A stretch of 64,000 nt of DNA from Tubulanus polymorphus (lineage: Eukaryota; Animalia; Nemertea). Within the stretch, counting starts at the first letter, position 1. Each line of letters starts with the position of its first letter. Positions 15,501 through 27,840 of the stretch are shown piece by piece. The position numbers and the translations under genes are program-made. The notes beneath the pieces were generated by a model. The model did no database searches. It was not told where the DNA came from and worked only from the letters and a program-made list of their open reading frames with translations. The stretch spans positions 3,658,001-3,722,000 of the forward strand of contig NC_134036.1 in the NCBI RefSeq assembly GCF_964204645.1. Direction: 5' to 3'.

Positions 15501-18500
15501 TATTGAGATGTGAAGAATTTGAATGTCCAGCTGGGACTGTAAAATGTCCAGCATCGTACTGTATACCGATCAGACAGGTGTGCGATGGCCAATCAGATTG
15601 TCCTAATTCAGAAGATGAGCAAAACTGCGAGACATTTTTATGTCCGGGAATGTTTAAATGTAGTCAGGAAAATCGGTGTATTCCACAATCTGAAGTTTGT
15701 GATGGTGTTGTAAATTGTAAACATACAACCGATGACGAGGCTTTCTGTAACGTCACGTGTCCTAGTCGTTGTCAATGTCAAGGTCATTCTGTGGACTGTA
15801 GGAATGTTGGTCTCACCGATATTACTGGTCTAATCACGATATCAACTCGAGTTCTAATGTTGTCCAATAACAGTGTGCTTTTAAATGCGTCAGCGTTTGC
15901 TTCCTTTGTCTATCTTCGCATGCTCAACCTCTCCTCCAATGAATTGTCTCACATTTTGCCAAACACATTCACAAACCTGCATAATCTACGAACGTTAGAC
16001 CTTACGTATAACTCGATTAAGATTTTATCAACTAATACATTCAACGGTTTGTATAGTTTAAAAGAACTTTTCATAACTGGAAATCCAATTCGATATCTAG
16101 AAGATGGTAGCTTTAATGGTTTAATCTCCCTTCCCAGTTTTGACCTTCACGGACTGTACATTTCAATACTTGCCGCAAATGTATTCAAAGGTTTATCCTC
16201 AATGACTTCATTGAATATCAGCAGCAATAGAATTAATTTTATATCGAAATATGCTTTTTCTGGTTTAAGCGAACTTTTGTATCTTGATTTATCCAATAAT
16301 TCCAATTACATTGCGACAGAGATAGGGATTTTCGACAATCTGACATCATTAGTCTACCTAACGTCTGATGCTTACAAATTTTGCTGCATGGCTCCGAATG
16401 TTGACCAGTGCCTTCCCGAAGCTGATCAATTTTCCTCCTGTTCTGATCTGATGGGTAACACAGTTCTCAGAGCTATCATCTGGGTCATCGCTGCGTTTAG
16501 TTTCTTCGCCAACAGTATCGTCATTTTACTTCGAATTCAAGTATCACCATTCGAAACGCGTAACACGTCTTCTGACATCCTCATCACGAATCTCGCAGTC
16601 TGCGATTTCATGATGTCGATCTATTTGTTCTTGATCGCCGGAGCCGATTACGTTTACAAAGGAGTCTATTTCCTAAATTCTGAAATTTGGACGGACAGTT
16701 CGTTGTGTCGATTTGCCGGGATTTTAGTTACTATCTCTTGTGAAGGATCTTTGACATTCTTGCTTCTCCTGACGCGTCATCGATACTCGAACATCGTCGA
16801 TCCATTTTCCGATAGTGTGATGATCACTCCTAAACACCTCACCAGTATTTGCTGCCTTTGCTGGATCATTTTGAGCATCGTTTCCTTGTTACCGCTGTCA
16901 CAATCGCCGTACTTCGGTACGAAGTTCTACGGTACTACCGGGGTTTGTTTGCCGATGAATTTACTTACAATCGATGTCAATGCCTGGCATTATTCATTGG
17001 CCATTTTCGCTGCGTCCAACTCAGTCATACTTGCTACAATTATGGGCACTTATGCCCAAATGTACAGATTCGTATCTGGAAGCAGGTCTGGTTCTGGTAG
17101 AGCTGATCCTACCGAACTGGTTTTAGCACGCAGGAGTTTGGTGATAAATCTCTGTAATTTATTTTGCTGGCTGCCATTAATTACCGTTCAGTTTTGCGCG
17201 GTACTCCGCGTGGACATTCCGAATCAGGTGGCGGCTTGGCTTGCGGTTCTTTTCTTACCGATCAACTCGTCCCTCAATCCTATTCTTTACACCATACTGA
17301 CTATCGATATGAAATCTGTTCGAGCAAAGAACAAACGCCTTCGAAGACAGAGAAGAATTATCTAACCTCAAATTATCATTCCACAGCTCACCATGCATAA
17401 TTATGTCTGATACATCGATAGATCTGCACAGTTCACCTTTCACAATGTTGTTTCAAATAATATAATAATTCCGATGATTAACTGTCATTAGCCACGATCA
17501 ATGTGAAATTTTTAAAGTGATACTTCCTTGTTCTCTTAACAACCGTACGTCATTAGCCTTACCTCGCCGTGCAGGGAAGTAATATTATAGTCAGGCTTAG
17601 GCTAAACAAAGATGATACCTTGTTTCTCCGCAATGGCCGGGTCACGTTCGTAAACTGCAATGAAATTTGTAATCAGTTCATTCCTATAACCGCAAGGACT
17701 AGTGTGGTATGGTTAGCCTGATCATGAATCAAAAAAGTAATGCACTGGAAGGCGGCGAGCCTTTTAAGCTGAACAGACGAAGAAACAAGGTATCAATTTG
17801 TTAGCCTTAGATATGGAGCATTCCGGAGTCCAGCTTGTAGAGAGGGAATAAGCAATCTCCGAGCCACAGCCGGGTCATCCTATCAGGCCAAGTTGCTCTT
17901 GCGCGGAGAGAGTCTTAAGGAAGGACAATTTCGAGGTTTAAATACTCATATAACTTGCACAAAACAGATCACTTTTATCAGTGTTCGTAGAAAATAGATC
18001 ATAAACATAATTGTTGAAAGACACGTTTCAATTTAAGGTGAAGGTGGGGGATTTCGTTTATATGGTTCTCCGATATACTCTAGATAGCGTATTATATGTA
18101 TACATGTACATTGCATAGAAGCTAAGGTCGTTTTTGACGAATTTGGTCAGTGCTATACTACTGAGCTTGATACGGGTCCAACCAGTTTTCGCGATGTTAA
18201 AGCCAGCCGAACAAACTCGGCATAGCGTCAACTACAGTGGTGCTGGTATATATTAACTAGATGTTGCGCACAAAATTTATCATTTCTCACACAAACATCA
18301 AATGGAGTTCATCTTCATCTTCTGTGTGTGTGTGCGTGTCCGTGTGTACGCGTGTGTGCGTGTGCACGTGCGTGTGTGCGTGTGTATGCATATATGTGTT
18401 TGCGCGTGTATGTGCGAGTGTGTGTATGTATGTGTGCGTGAGTGTGCGTGTGTGTATGTATGTATGTATGTACGTATGTATGTGTGTGTGCTTGTGTGTG

Positions 18501-21383
18501 TGTGTGGTGTGTGTGTGTGTATGTGCTTGTGTGTGTGTGTGCGTGCGTGCGTGTGTGCTTGTGTGCGTGTGTGAGTGCGTGCGGGCGTGAGTATGCGTGT
18601 GTGTATGTATGTATGTATGTATGTATGTATGTGTGCGTGGGTGTGCGTATGTATGTATGTATGTATGTATGTATGTATGTATGTATGTGTGCGTGTGTGT
18701 GTGTGCGTGCGTGTGCTTGTGTGTGTGTGCGCGTGTGTTGTGCAAATTCAAGGTGAAAGATCACTAAATGTTGTCTCCAAAACAGGGAGTCAGCACCGCT
18801 TTAAAGAAAACAATCCTGATTGATTGAAAATGTTTGATTATTATATACATGTATATCATTATTCACATGTAGCTCACGGGCAACTGTCTGAAGCAGGCAT
18901 TTATTTCAAAGACTAACATTGACAGTGTAAAACATGCACGATATGCAGTCAACGACGTTATAACATACTATATATAACCCGATAGACGTTGTCTTAAAGA
19001 AATAAAACCAATCACTGAAAGTCTTTATGTTGCGTTTGTTAATTGACCTGAGTTCCAGCGGTTCGAGGAAAGCACAAAAGTTTTCACGAAAGTTGATGTT
19101 GATGATATCGATTCCAAGAACAACCCAACAAAACCTTACGAGTAAATCTAATCGCATTAGCTATTGTCACTTAATGCGTCTGTAGTTCTTCCACGAGATG
19201 TTCATGTGCGCGAGGGAGGATGATATTTTACATGCGATTGATAACAGAGCAATGCCAGTACGTGATAACGAAGTTAGAATGCACCAATCACGTTTTCCAT
19301 TGGTTGACAGGTATAATACACCTGCGGGATGATTTGCCAGCGGCCAATTTCACCAAACATCATTAGAATTATTAGCAAATAAAGGACAACTCCCCATTCT
19401 CAACGCTGACGTCGAAATTAAGTGTAACGCGATTTGAATAGATTTACAGAAATGAAGCTACGTTTTCGACAACGTCTTAAACGACTGACAAGACAAATTT
19501 AGAACATTTGCTGTGCGTAAGCCTATACCTGTTTTCGACTGAGCATAGACCAATGTTTTCCACAGTTTCTCGTAGTCGACGCCGAGTTGGTCTTCGAATT
19601 TTTCTACCAACATCTGGAACACGCGCGACGATAGCTTCAAACCATTTTCCTTGAACAAAAGAAAAATAACGGGAGCGTTTGAATTTTAATTACTATTTCA
19701 TACATTAAAAAGCGTAACATTGATGATTTTGTGTATCTAAAATAGTACGTAGGCCAGCAGGACGACGAAAAATATTTTTCCAAAAAATGATCCTGACATA
19801 AAATTGAGAATTCTTTTTCGATGAGGGACAAGCAAAAGCCTAAAAGCTTATTATACTGTAAGCGTCTAATGAGTGAAATGAGCAAAACAAAGAGAACAGT
19901 GAAGAGGACGTTGAAGGCGAAGATGGGAATTACTTAATATCTAAATAATTTACTGATACTTTATGATTCTTATCTTCTTAAATTGTGTGTAAAACACCGG
20001 GATTAATGTCGATTAGTACGGCTTTATATAATAACATTATCATTATCATTATCGTTAGGCCTACCTGCATGACAAGCGAGATGTCTTTCGACGATATGCG
20101 GCAGTCCATGTTGCCGTATTTTCGAAGGCCCATGTGAATCGACCTCAGTCGTTGGCGGCTGCAATCTTTCATCGGTTTGATCAGCAGATGCATCAGCTCC
20201 TGATCGGGCGCGATCGTCGTGTCCGATTTGAGCAGAAGGCTGTCCTGCGTCAGGCCGCGTCCTGGATAATGGAATTTTATTTGTTCGTATACTATTCATT
20301 AGTAGGAAGTTAGTTTCCTTCGTTTCTTCCATCGATTGAATCTAATTCAACGTAATATTTACTGTTTTTCTTTTTAAATCTTCCGCAGTACTTTCAACGT
20401 TGTAAGTGGAAAATACTCGAATAGTTAAAAAGAAAATAGTTTCATACGTTTCCATTCTAAAACGTCCGTGTAGTAGAAAACATTTTCAAAATAGTTTTCA
20501 TATCTTTCTCTTCGCCCACCGCCGTTTTTTGTTTTACACTCCGAGTCATCAAAAAAGGCTGCAGTGCCGTTGTGAGTATCATTGAACTAAAGCGATGCCG
20601 ATGCAGCTGTCAATCTGCTGTCTGTACCCACCACCCACAGCAGACGATCACCTTTTGAATGGCGCAGTCCGGACGAACAAATTTTTCACAAACGGTGGAT
20701 GTCTGTCTAAAATTAATGGTTCATGCATGACACCCGAAATCATTTTTCAAAGACAAATGTCTGGGGTACTGGCAGAGGGGGTTGGCGACGCCTGGACGAA
20801 CATGTTTTTGGAAAATGGCGAATGTCTGTCGAATGTCTGAGGGGTGTGTACAGACAGCAGATTAATAGCTGCATATGCATCGATACATCTATATCATCGC
20901 TACCCTGTCACATGCAAGTCATGGTCTTACGCTTACACGGATATCCTGGACAAGTTCTAACTTACCCGGTCCGCTAGGTTGATTTCCAGTTGTCTCTTTG
21001 TTTTGCGGATACCGATAAGCCCGCAGGCGCTGGGCTCTTTTTTGCTGAAATAGATGATAAAGCCGACGTTTGTAGAATAGCCCAACAGAAGTGGAGAATA
21101 GATCATTGAATTAAAATCCACTAGATACAAATTCAATACGAAATTTTAAAATCAAAATCAAATGTGACGATGGTCAGAGACTTTTCTTTTAACTTTAATC
21201 TGTTGATTAACATTCATTTCGTTTTTTATTTTTTTTTACAATTTGTATTAAATGGGTTTTAATCCTTTAAAATTCGAAGTTTCCGTCCTCAATTCATCAA
21301 AGGATTCGACGCCCTTCGAGTATAGACCTAAATACTCACCACCTCTTTGATCGAGGCGTTCAAGGCGCTGCTCGCCGTGTTCG

Positions 21384-21416
<33 letters not shown>

Positions 21417-22543
21417 TCGCCGACGAAGTAAGAGATGAATTCAGTCCGCGAACAGCGTTCGTGAATTTACTGCTCGGTACTCTATGGTTGACAGTAGTCT
21501 GCATGGCTTCGCTTTCCGTTTCGCAATCTAGAACTTCCTGCAGAAAATGAAAAAAGAGAGAACACGATTTTTGATTCTATGTTTAACTATAAATAGATTG
21601 TGTTACTATGAATACATCTTTCATAAGGTATATACAGATTTTTGTTACTATAAATATGTCGGCGTTATTTACTATGAACAGAATTCTATTAATAGAAATC
21701 CATATTTCGATACCCTGTGTAATTTTGAAACCAAATAACTCTTAATATACTCTTCTATTCTAGAAGTCTTTTTGGCTGAATTATTGTCGAATTTCGCTCG
21801 TCAAATGAAGCCAAAAAGATTTTCTCTCGCGCCACGTTTGATTCCGCTTTATACACGTATATGCATGCGCATATACGGTCTGATTTGTCGTATACGTTTG
21901 TATATAACTTCGACAATAAGCCACACTCTGTACTCGGCAACGATAAAATGGGTGAATCTCACTGAAGTCTTTCTGGAAAAATGACTTCAATATTCCCAGT
22001 TCTCAGCCCACGGTATCCGTGGTCAACTCGGTCCGATATTTACAGTCCCAACCCTACGAGTGCGACGGAGTCTACCGTATCATGTTTACTGTAAATAGTT
22101 CCAAACGGTACCGAGTATGGTCGAGTCTACATCTAACGTGTTGATTATAACAAAGGGATACTATGCTGGCTACATGTTGAAACAGCAAGACTGAGTTAGT
22201 CGAATTCTAAGAATATGGAAAAGCTGAACTCTCGGCAGTTGAGAATGTATTTAGCCTGCAGCTAAAACCGAACCAATGAAATCAATTCATCTCGCGTTGT
22301 AATAAACAGATATAATTGATACGATTTCGGCGGAAAATTCACCTGAAATTCGCTCGATTTGACGAACTGAGACCCGTGCACGTCAACGGGCACCTGTTGT
22401 AGCGAGGCGGACGTCGATGCGGACGGTGCCTGGTGCGAATGGTGTTTCTTCGCGGCTATAGCTTTGAACGCCATGATATCGGCTTCCAGACGCCATCTAC
22501 TGCGCAGTTCTTTTCTGGCGCTGACCACCGATGACCGTTTCAT
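539..22543 (-). CDS. Echinoderm microtubule-associated protein-like (EML/EMAP family; EF-hand-like N-terminus + HELP motif + WD40 repeats), multi-exon, 3' end beyond the left window edge
   Basis: Phase-compatible GT/AG exons (approx.): 22343-22543, 21340-21537 (polyQ), 20966-21044, 20065-20261, 19529-19649, 9464-9630, 8779-8918, 8161-8332, 7058-7136, 6549-6629, 5675-5764, 5162-5320, 4444-4639, 4053-4125, 3779-3883, 3419-3505, 2994-3137, 2434-2574, 1622-1735, 1193-1345, 539-679. HELP motif [23 protein letters not shown]; WD repeats such as [40 protein letters not shown]; EF-hand-like [18 protein letters not shown]. Confidence 0.85.
2179..2332. mobile_element. Tc1/mariner(pogo/Tigger)-type MITE
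   Basis: Terminal inverted repeats CAGTGGAACCTCGTTA...TAACGAGGTTCCACTG; TA on the left flank, CA on the right. Confidence 0.7.
5875..6110 (+). mobile_element. Decayed non-LTR retrotransposon (CR1/L2-like) reverse-transcriptase fragment
   Basis: Translates to [28 protein letters not shown] and [13 protein letters not shown], typical LINE RT motifs, interrupted by stop/frameshift. Confidence 0.8.
7824..7865 (+). ncRNA. Minimal type I hammerhead ribozyme motif (Penelope-like element remnant)
   Basis: CCAC-CTGATGA-t-GGCTGTT(agtc)AACAGCC-GAAA-CGTT-GTGG: stem I CCAC/GTGG, intact core, 7-bp stem II, palindromic ACGU stem III, GUU triplet; AATAAA just downstream. Confidence 0.8.
9770..10130 (+). 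repeat. 109-bp satellite-like unit, ~3 tandem copies
   Basis: CATTTTCAATTAGAAATGTCTCAGGTGAAG...GTGTGGACGATCAGTTTTT recurs at 9781, 9890 and 9999 (period 109). Confidence 0.9.
11130..17365 (+). CDS. GRL101-like (type C LGR) leucine-rich-repeat GPCR with CUB, C-type lectin and LDLa ectodomain, ~1923 aa, 3 exons, nested antisense in an EML intron
   Basis: Exons 11130-12329, 12445-13767, 14117-17365 with phase-0 GT/AG introns. Signal peptide [24 protein letters not shown]; CUB (GYIVSPNYP...ECRW; GIVQSPNYP); CTL (WENAELYC...[11 protein letters not shown]...IGL...WTDG); ~7 LDLa modules (e.g. [16 protein letters not shown]); [12 protein letters not shown] plus LRRs; hinge YKFCC...FSSCSDL; 7TM with NLAVCDF and [10 protein letters not shown]. 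Confidence 0.93.
17600..17806. mobile_element. PIF/Harbinger (Tourist)-type MITE
   Basis: TIR GGCTAA..GATACCTTGTTTCT / AGAAACAAGGTATC..TTAGCC with TTA duplicated on both sides; related partial copies near 25880-26042, 34450-34550, 36598-36800, 37470-37562. Confidence 0.7.
18323..18740. repeat. Compound (TG)n/(TATG)n microsatellite
   Basis: Directly visible; explains the spurious HT/CV-rich ORFs. Confidence 0.97.
20600..20875. mobile_element. Inverted-repeat MITE-like element
   Basis: ATGCAGCTGTCAATCTGCTGTCTGTAC... pairs with ...GTACAGACAGCAGATTAATAGCTGCAT. Confidence 0.6.
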
Positions 22544-24949
22544 ATTCCCGATATAGGTAAAATGTGGGTAAAGGTCGAAATCTTATACGGTTAAACTCTT
22601 CCTCTGCGGATATAGATTCCGCAATAACGCGAATTTCCTAAATGTTTTTAGACTTTCGAAAGTGGTCTCGAAAATCGTAAAAACAAGTCGGTTTTATCAA
22701 GACAAAGAACAAGTGTATTCCCTACAGTATCAAATTATTCTTCGTCTCTGAAATCGGCTTCTGCTCTTCGAGTCTTCACAAAAAATTTTCCTGCGAAATT
22801 TTTACGAACGCTTCAATGAAATCAGAAAAATGATTCATTCCGCGGATCGGTTCATGAAGTATATGAATCGCGGGCTTTAAGCGCGATATCCGGCTGTAGA
22901 AAGTAGCGATACAGATAACCGTGTAAGCATATAATACGCAGCAATATCAGCGGCAAAATTGCTAAATGAAGCGACATCGACGGGCTTCAAACTCTAAAAA
23001 TCTAAATCCAAAAACTACGTTTCTCGCGCGTTGTGGCCTGTATTGCCATCGACGTGAAATCTAACGAAATCCTATCCGTTCATTCCCGATTAAAACGCGA
23101 GCGATTAAAACAGCTGTTCGTATATATCAACAGGATTTTAATACGGACTGGATCCCGCGGGTTCGTGTCGTTTCCGTGGTTTTCTATACGTATTTGTGTA
23201 TACAGTACAGCTGTCGGTCGAGTGCGCGAGTTTTTTCGACGAATGAAACGAGCTCGAGTAAGTAGTGATTAGTCCAAAACTCGAAGAATTCAACAACGCG
23301 CCCTCGAAACGAGAGCGTAATTAGCATACATTTCGAGTCGTCGGACAATGGATCGAAAATCGGAAATTACAAAAAAAAACTGAATTTCGTTATTAATTCA
23401 TCTTACGATCGATAAATATCGGAAGAACCGAACAGAGAAATTCTCTTTGAAAAAGCGTACCACGGAAAAGAGGTGAAAGCAGATTACGAACATTCTCTCG
23501 GGATCTGCATTTTTCTTTATAGAAAGCGAGTCGGGCTCTTTCGTATCATGTCCCGATTCATAGCGATTTTGAAAAAGTTAGATTTAGCCTTTATAAACGC
23601 GAATCCATTCTCCGAAGAAAGAAATGTACGCCTTATGGTCGCGGGAAGTAGGTTTACCGACGGACATTAGGAGAACACAGAATCGGAGCGTACAAAATAA
23701 CTCTCACTTAAAATCAAGAAATCAATGAAACCAAATACAAGATGTAATAGCGCGGTAATATCAGGTGATTTTATTAGAAATCACGGGTTATTCGCTACTT
23801 GTGCAAAGAGTAGCTTCATCGGTAACATGTGTACTTCAATGGACAGACGACAGTCCATTGACTTCAGTGAAGCTGCTATGCTAGTAGCGAAAGCTCGTAT
23901 TTTCAATGAAATCAAGCTAATCGTCAAAGTACTACCAGTCTTCCAGGGATATATACCTAACATTTGAATGTTGGGGGGAGGGGTGAAAAAGGGCAGTTAC
24001 CTACAGTGAAAAGCCGAAAAAACGATTCTTCAGATGTCCTGACAAAACTCTGTTAGTCCTATAACAAAATGCTAGTCAGTCGCAATAAAAAGGATTCCAC
24101 ATTAGTCTATTGAGTATTGCGATAATATTTGCGAAAGGGCACTTTTTAAGATTACTGTGCCCCCCCCCCCGCTATGTACGGTCCTATCTTCACGTTTACC
24201 GATCTTAACACCGGGTTAACTAACGGTTCATCTTTACAACCCCTTTTAAAAACAAGAACATTAAATTTACCTGCAACGTAATGGCGTTCGAACTAATAAC
24301 GCTAGCCGGGCGGTAATCCATTTTCAGAATTGTATCAACGACGTCGAAGTCCCCGAATCGAATAAGACGTAGATAATGAATTTCATGAGTTCGTCCAGTT
24401 TTAAAGCTGGCACCCAACAAGTTCTTCTTAGTTTGCAGCCGGGCAATAATATCACCCCGCCACAGACCCGCATGCTTTGAAGTAACCGTTTCGAATCGTT
24501 TGTCCTGCTTATATTCTTTCTTTTTAACTGAATCCAATATTTCGAGGTCTATGCGATGAACCGCCTATTCCAAACCTATGAGTTTAGATATTAGTGACCC
24601 CGATAACTCGCCCGGATTAGATATTACACCACGGACGTAGCGTACGCCCGATGATGCGTATACAAAATGGTCGAGTTACCCTTGACGATTGGGTCAGTGC
24701 GCTTCGTTGCTCTCTATCTCTCCCTCTCTCTTTCAAATATGCATCTATCGCCCGGCGAACACAATAAAAGGTCACGTCCAATAACGGTATCAATATCCTG
24801 AGATCTGTTTCACACACAAAACCTCATTACCATCAGTCGCCAGTAGCAACTTTAATTCGCATTCATTCGATCGGTTTTATAAGTTGACTTAACTCTAATC
24901 AGACGGCTAATGCCCGATTCTATACGGCGTTCACCACTTTCGAGTCGAA

Positions 24950-25300
24950 AATACCGTGGAACTGGATCCAGAGTTGAATAAAACCGACGCATAAGTGTAG
25001 AACTGGGTTCAGAGTCAAAATTGAACCAACACAACTGTGGAGCTATTTTCAGAGTCGAATTAAAAACCCGGACAGCTGTGAAACTGAGTTCAAGAGTCAA
25101 ATTAAACACACACATCTGTGGAACTTGGTCCAATCTATACTGACACAACTGTGGAACTGGGATCCAAACACTCAAAACACCGTGGAACTGGATCTAAATG
25201 GAAATAAACTCATACTCCACTCATAACCGTGGCAATGCACCCATAAAATGTGATTCGCCACTTATAGCGGAACTGAATCCATAGTGAAATGAAATTGAAA
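24950..25300 (+). repeat. ~37-bp minisatellite-like dispersed repeat (ACAACTGTGGAACTGGATCCAGAGTCAAATT...)
   Basis: Degenerate tandem units; same motif at 42330-42500, 45340-45460 and 39520-39590. Confidence 0.75.
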
Positions 25301-27459
25301 CCGCACGACACTGTGGTCAATTGAATACATTATTAACTCAGCGTTTGAATGATGTTATTCAAAAATATAAGGCGTTTAAGTCATCAAATCAGGATAAAAC
25401 CGAACACGATTAATGCATTAACATTGGCGCAACTAATTCAGAATTTCAACCCGAAACAAAACAGCAAAACCATCATATTTCTAAAACAATGCACCGTTGC
25501 TTTTTGTGCCTAAACAAGACGGGTTCGTTGTGATGAAACTGGTTTTAATGCACGCTTATGGGAATCGATTCACAATCATTTCATTTTCCTATAGTTTCGA
25601 TGAAAAATACGCCAAATCGTCCCCGACCAGTTACACGGCTGGCCGAAAAAGATCAAAAGATTTGGTAGTCAGTTTAGAAATTTGGGATTTCAGAAATATT
25701 CGTTGCAAATGGCAAAAACGTCAATTTAACCGGGTTTGGTCCAGTGATTCGTGACAATATTTTTGTTTATTGCTATTTTTCGTAATGTGGAAATTGAAGA
25801 TTTTAGAATCTGGAATTCCTTTAAAAAGCAACTCGCATAATCCTGAGTTCCCGTAAAATCATCATTTATCGATGAAGGACCTGGCTGGCCGCCAATCAAC
25901 ATTACATTGCTTTTTTCAAAATCACGATAAACCTAACCATAAAAGACCCGACAGCTATAGAACTGAACTGATTACAAATTTTATTCAAATTTACAAAATG
26001 ACCCGACCACTGCGGAGAAACCAGGTATCATTTTCTAGCCTTAAACTGTATGACGATTTGTAAAAGCAAAATTCTTTGAATTATTATTGGCTACCCGCTA
26101 CACACCTTGTCAACGGGACCGTATCTACATTTTCTGTCGTAGAAATACAACGTACTTTCAATTAGCGAGTCGTGAAGCGCCTCAGTCTCGGTTGCTATGG
26201 TAATTTCTGTATCGCGTCGCTAACTCTGTCCGACTATACGCAGGAATGTTAGATCGAATTATTACGTGTTTATATGACATGCTCGTCCGATTTATGAAAT
26301 CATACGGCCAGAAAATTGAGCCTACGCATTTTGCTTTTTTACCGATCGTTTACCGCGGAAAGGCCTGACAGACATATAGGCTAAATTTTTGTTTCAAAAG
26401 GCTATCCAGTTTACTATAATTAAATTGAAGTTATCAACAAAATGAAGAAGAAAACTGCGAAAGTAATTTGACGTTTTTGAAAATGGCTCGTATAGAATTG
26501 AGTGGAAACGTCAAATATTTGTATATCTACCTTGGTAGTTTTTCATCCATATTTTGGCCGACGACCATCTTGACCATAGCAATAATATTTTTTTAAAAAC
26601 AGTTCAGTCAAAAATCGAACCTCTATAAATTCAACACTGGGACGCGGAATCACATGTACATAACCGAATATTGTTATACAGATCCGTGATTCGGGGATAA
26701 ACACTTTTCTTAACGAACTGGGTCCACACAGTCCGACCAGCGCCTACTGTCGAATGTGGGTCTACGACTGTCTATGATTGAATCCTTCTGTGAAGTTGAC
26801 TAATTTCTAATTTAATCGAGAAATTGGATCGAAATCTTCGATTTTACGCGAAATGAAATTCTGTAAAAAATCCCTTACCTGTATATAGAAATATGTATAT
26901 GTCCTCAAGCCCAAAGTGTACTAACGGTCACGATGTCCGATTCATATTTGTTTCCAAATGTTCCTCTCTTACGGTCCTAGTAACATCTAACGAGTTTGAT
27001 ACCAGCAGCGCAGTCGCGATCAAAGACTAAACGTTAATAGTTGTTCTCGTGTGACATCAAACGAACGAATACATCAATATCAATTTTGAGACGTATTACT
27101 CGTCTAATAACTCCATCAAATACGATACGTGATGAAAACCGTGAAGGTATACGATAATGTGTAGTAAATATAAAATCCCGTAAAGCGCCTAAAGCGCGGC
27201 GTATTATACAGGGATTCTTTTTTTAATTCAGATCCGACTCGAGACCAAAAAGGTTGAAATAAGTTCACCACGCGACGCATCCTTGTACGTGTTAGCGATC
27301 AATATGTAGGGAAAACTAATTGAAGTTGAAAAGGAATTCTGTCTCTTTTTTTTCGGTGGAACTCCGATTCTATGAAGTCGGTAACCAATTCATTGTAATA
27401 TTCTACTATGCGAATATGCAAAAGCTACCAGGCATCATGGCAATGTAGTAGATTTGCTG

Positions 27460-27840
27460 ACTAATATAATGTCTAATGTCTGTTGCTTGTTCATTTTCAA
27501 TTAAGAAAGCCTCAGATGAATTAGTTGATCGCGAATCATATACCAGGTATATATGATTTTTTGTCGGTTTTCTTAATGGGTAACAGAAATCCTGAAAACA
27601 GTTTTCAACCATCAAAAATGTCTCAGGTGAAGTAGTGAACACACGTGAAACGTGTGGACGATCAGTTAGTTTTTGATGATCAAAACTGAAAACATGTGAA
27701 GTCTGGACGATCAGTTTTTTATGTTCAAAAATAATCTAAGATGAAGTACTGAACAGGTGTGAAGTGTGGACGATCAGTTTTCGAAAGTGAGCTGATAAAA
27801 TGTCTTAAGCCTTGTGTTCGTATTAGTTCATTTTTTCGAT
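27460..27840 (+). repeat. 109-bp satellite-like family, degenerate copies
   Basis: AAATGTCTCAGGTGAAG and TGTGAAGTGTGGACGATCAGTTTTT motifs. Confidence 0.8.

Noticed and set aside
18261-18823. Six overlapping ORFs rich in C/V or H/T
   Set aside because: Translations of a (TG)n/(TATG)n microsatellite.
21347-21550. Plus-strand poly-Cys ORF
   Set aside because: Antisense shadow of the CAG polyQ exon of the EML-like gene.
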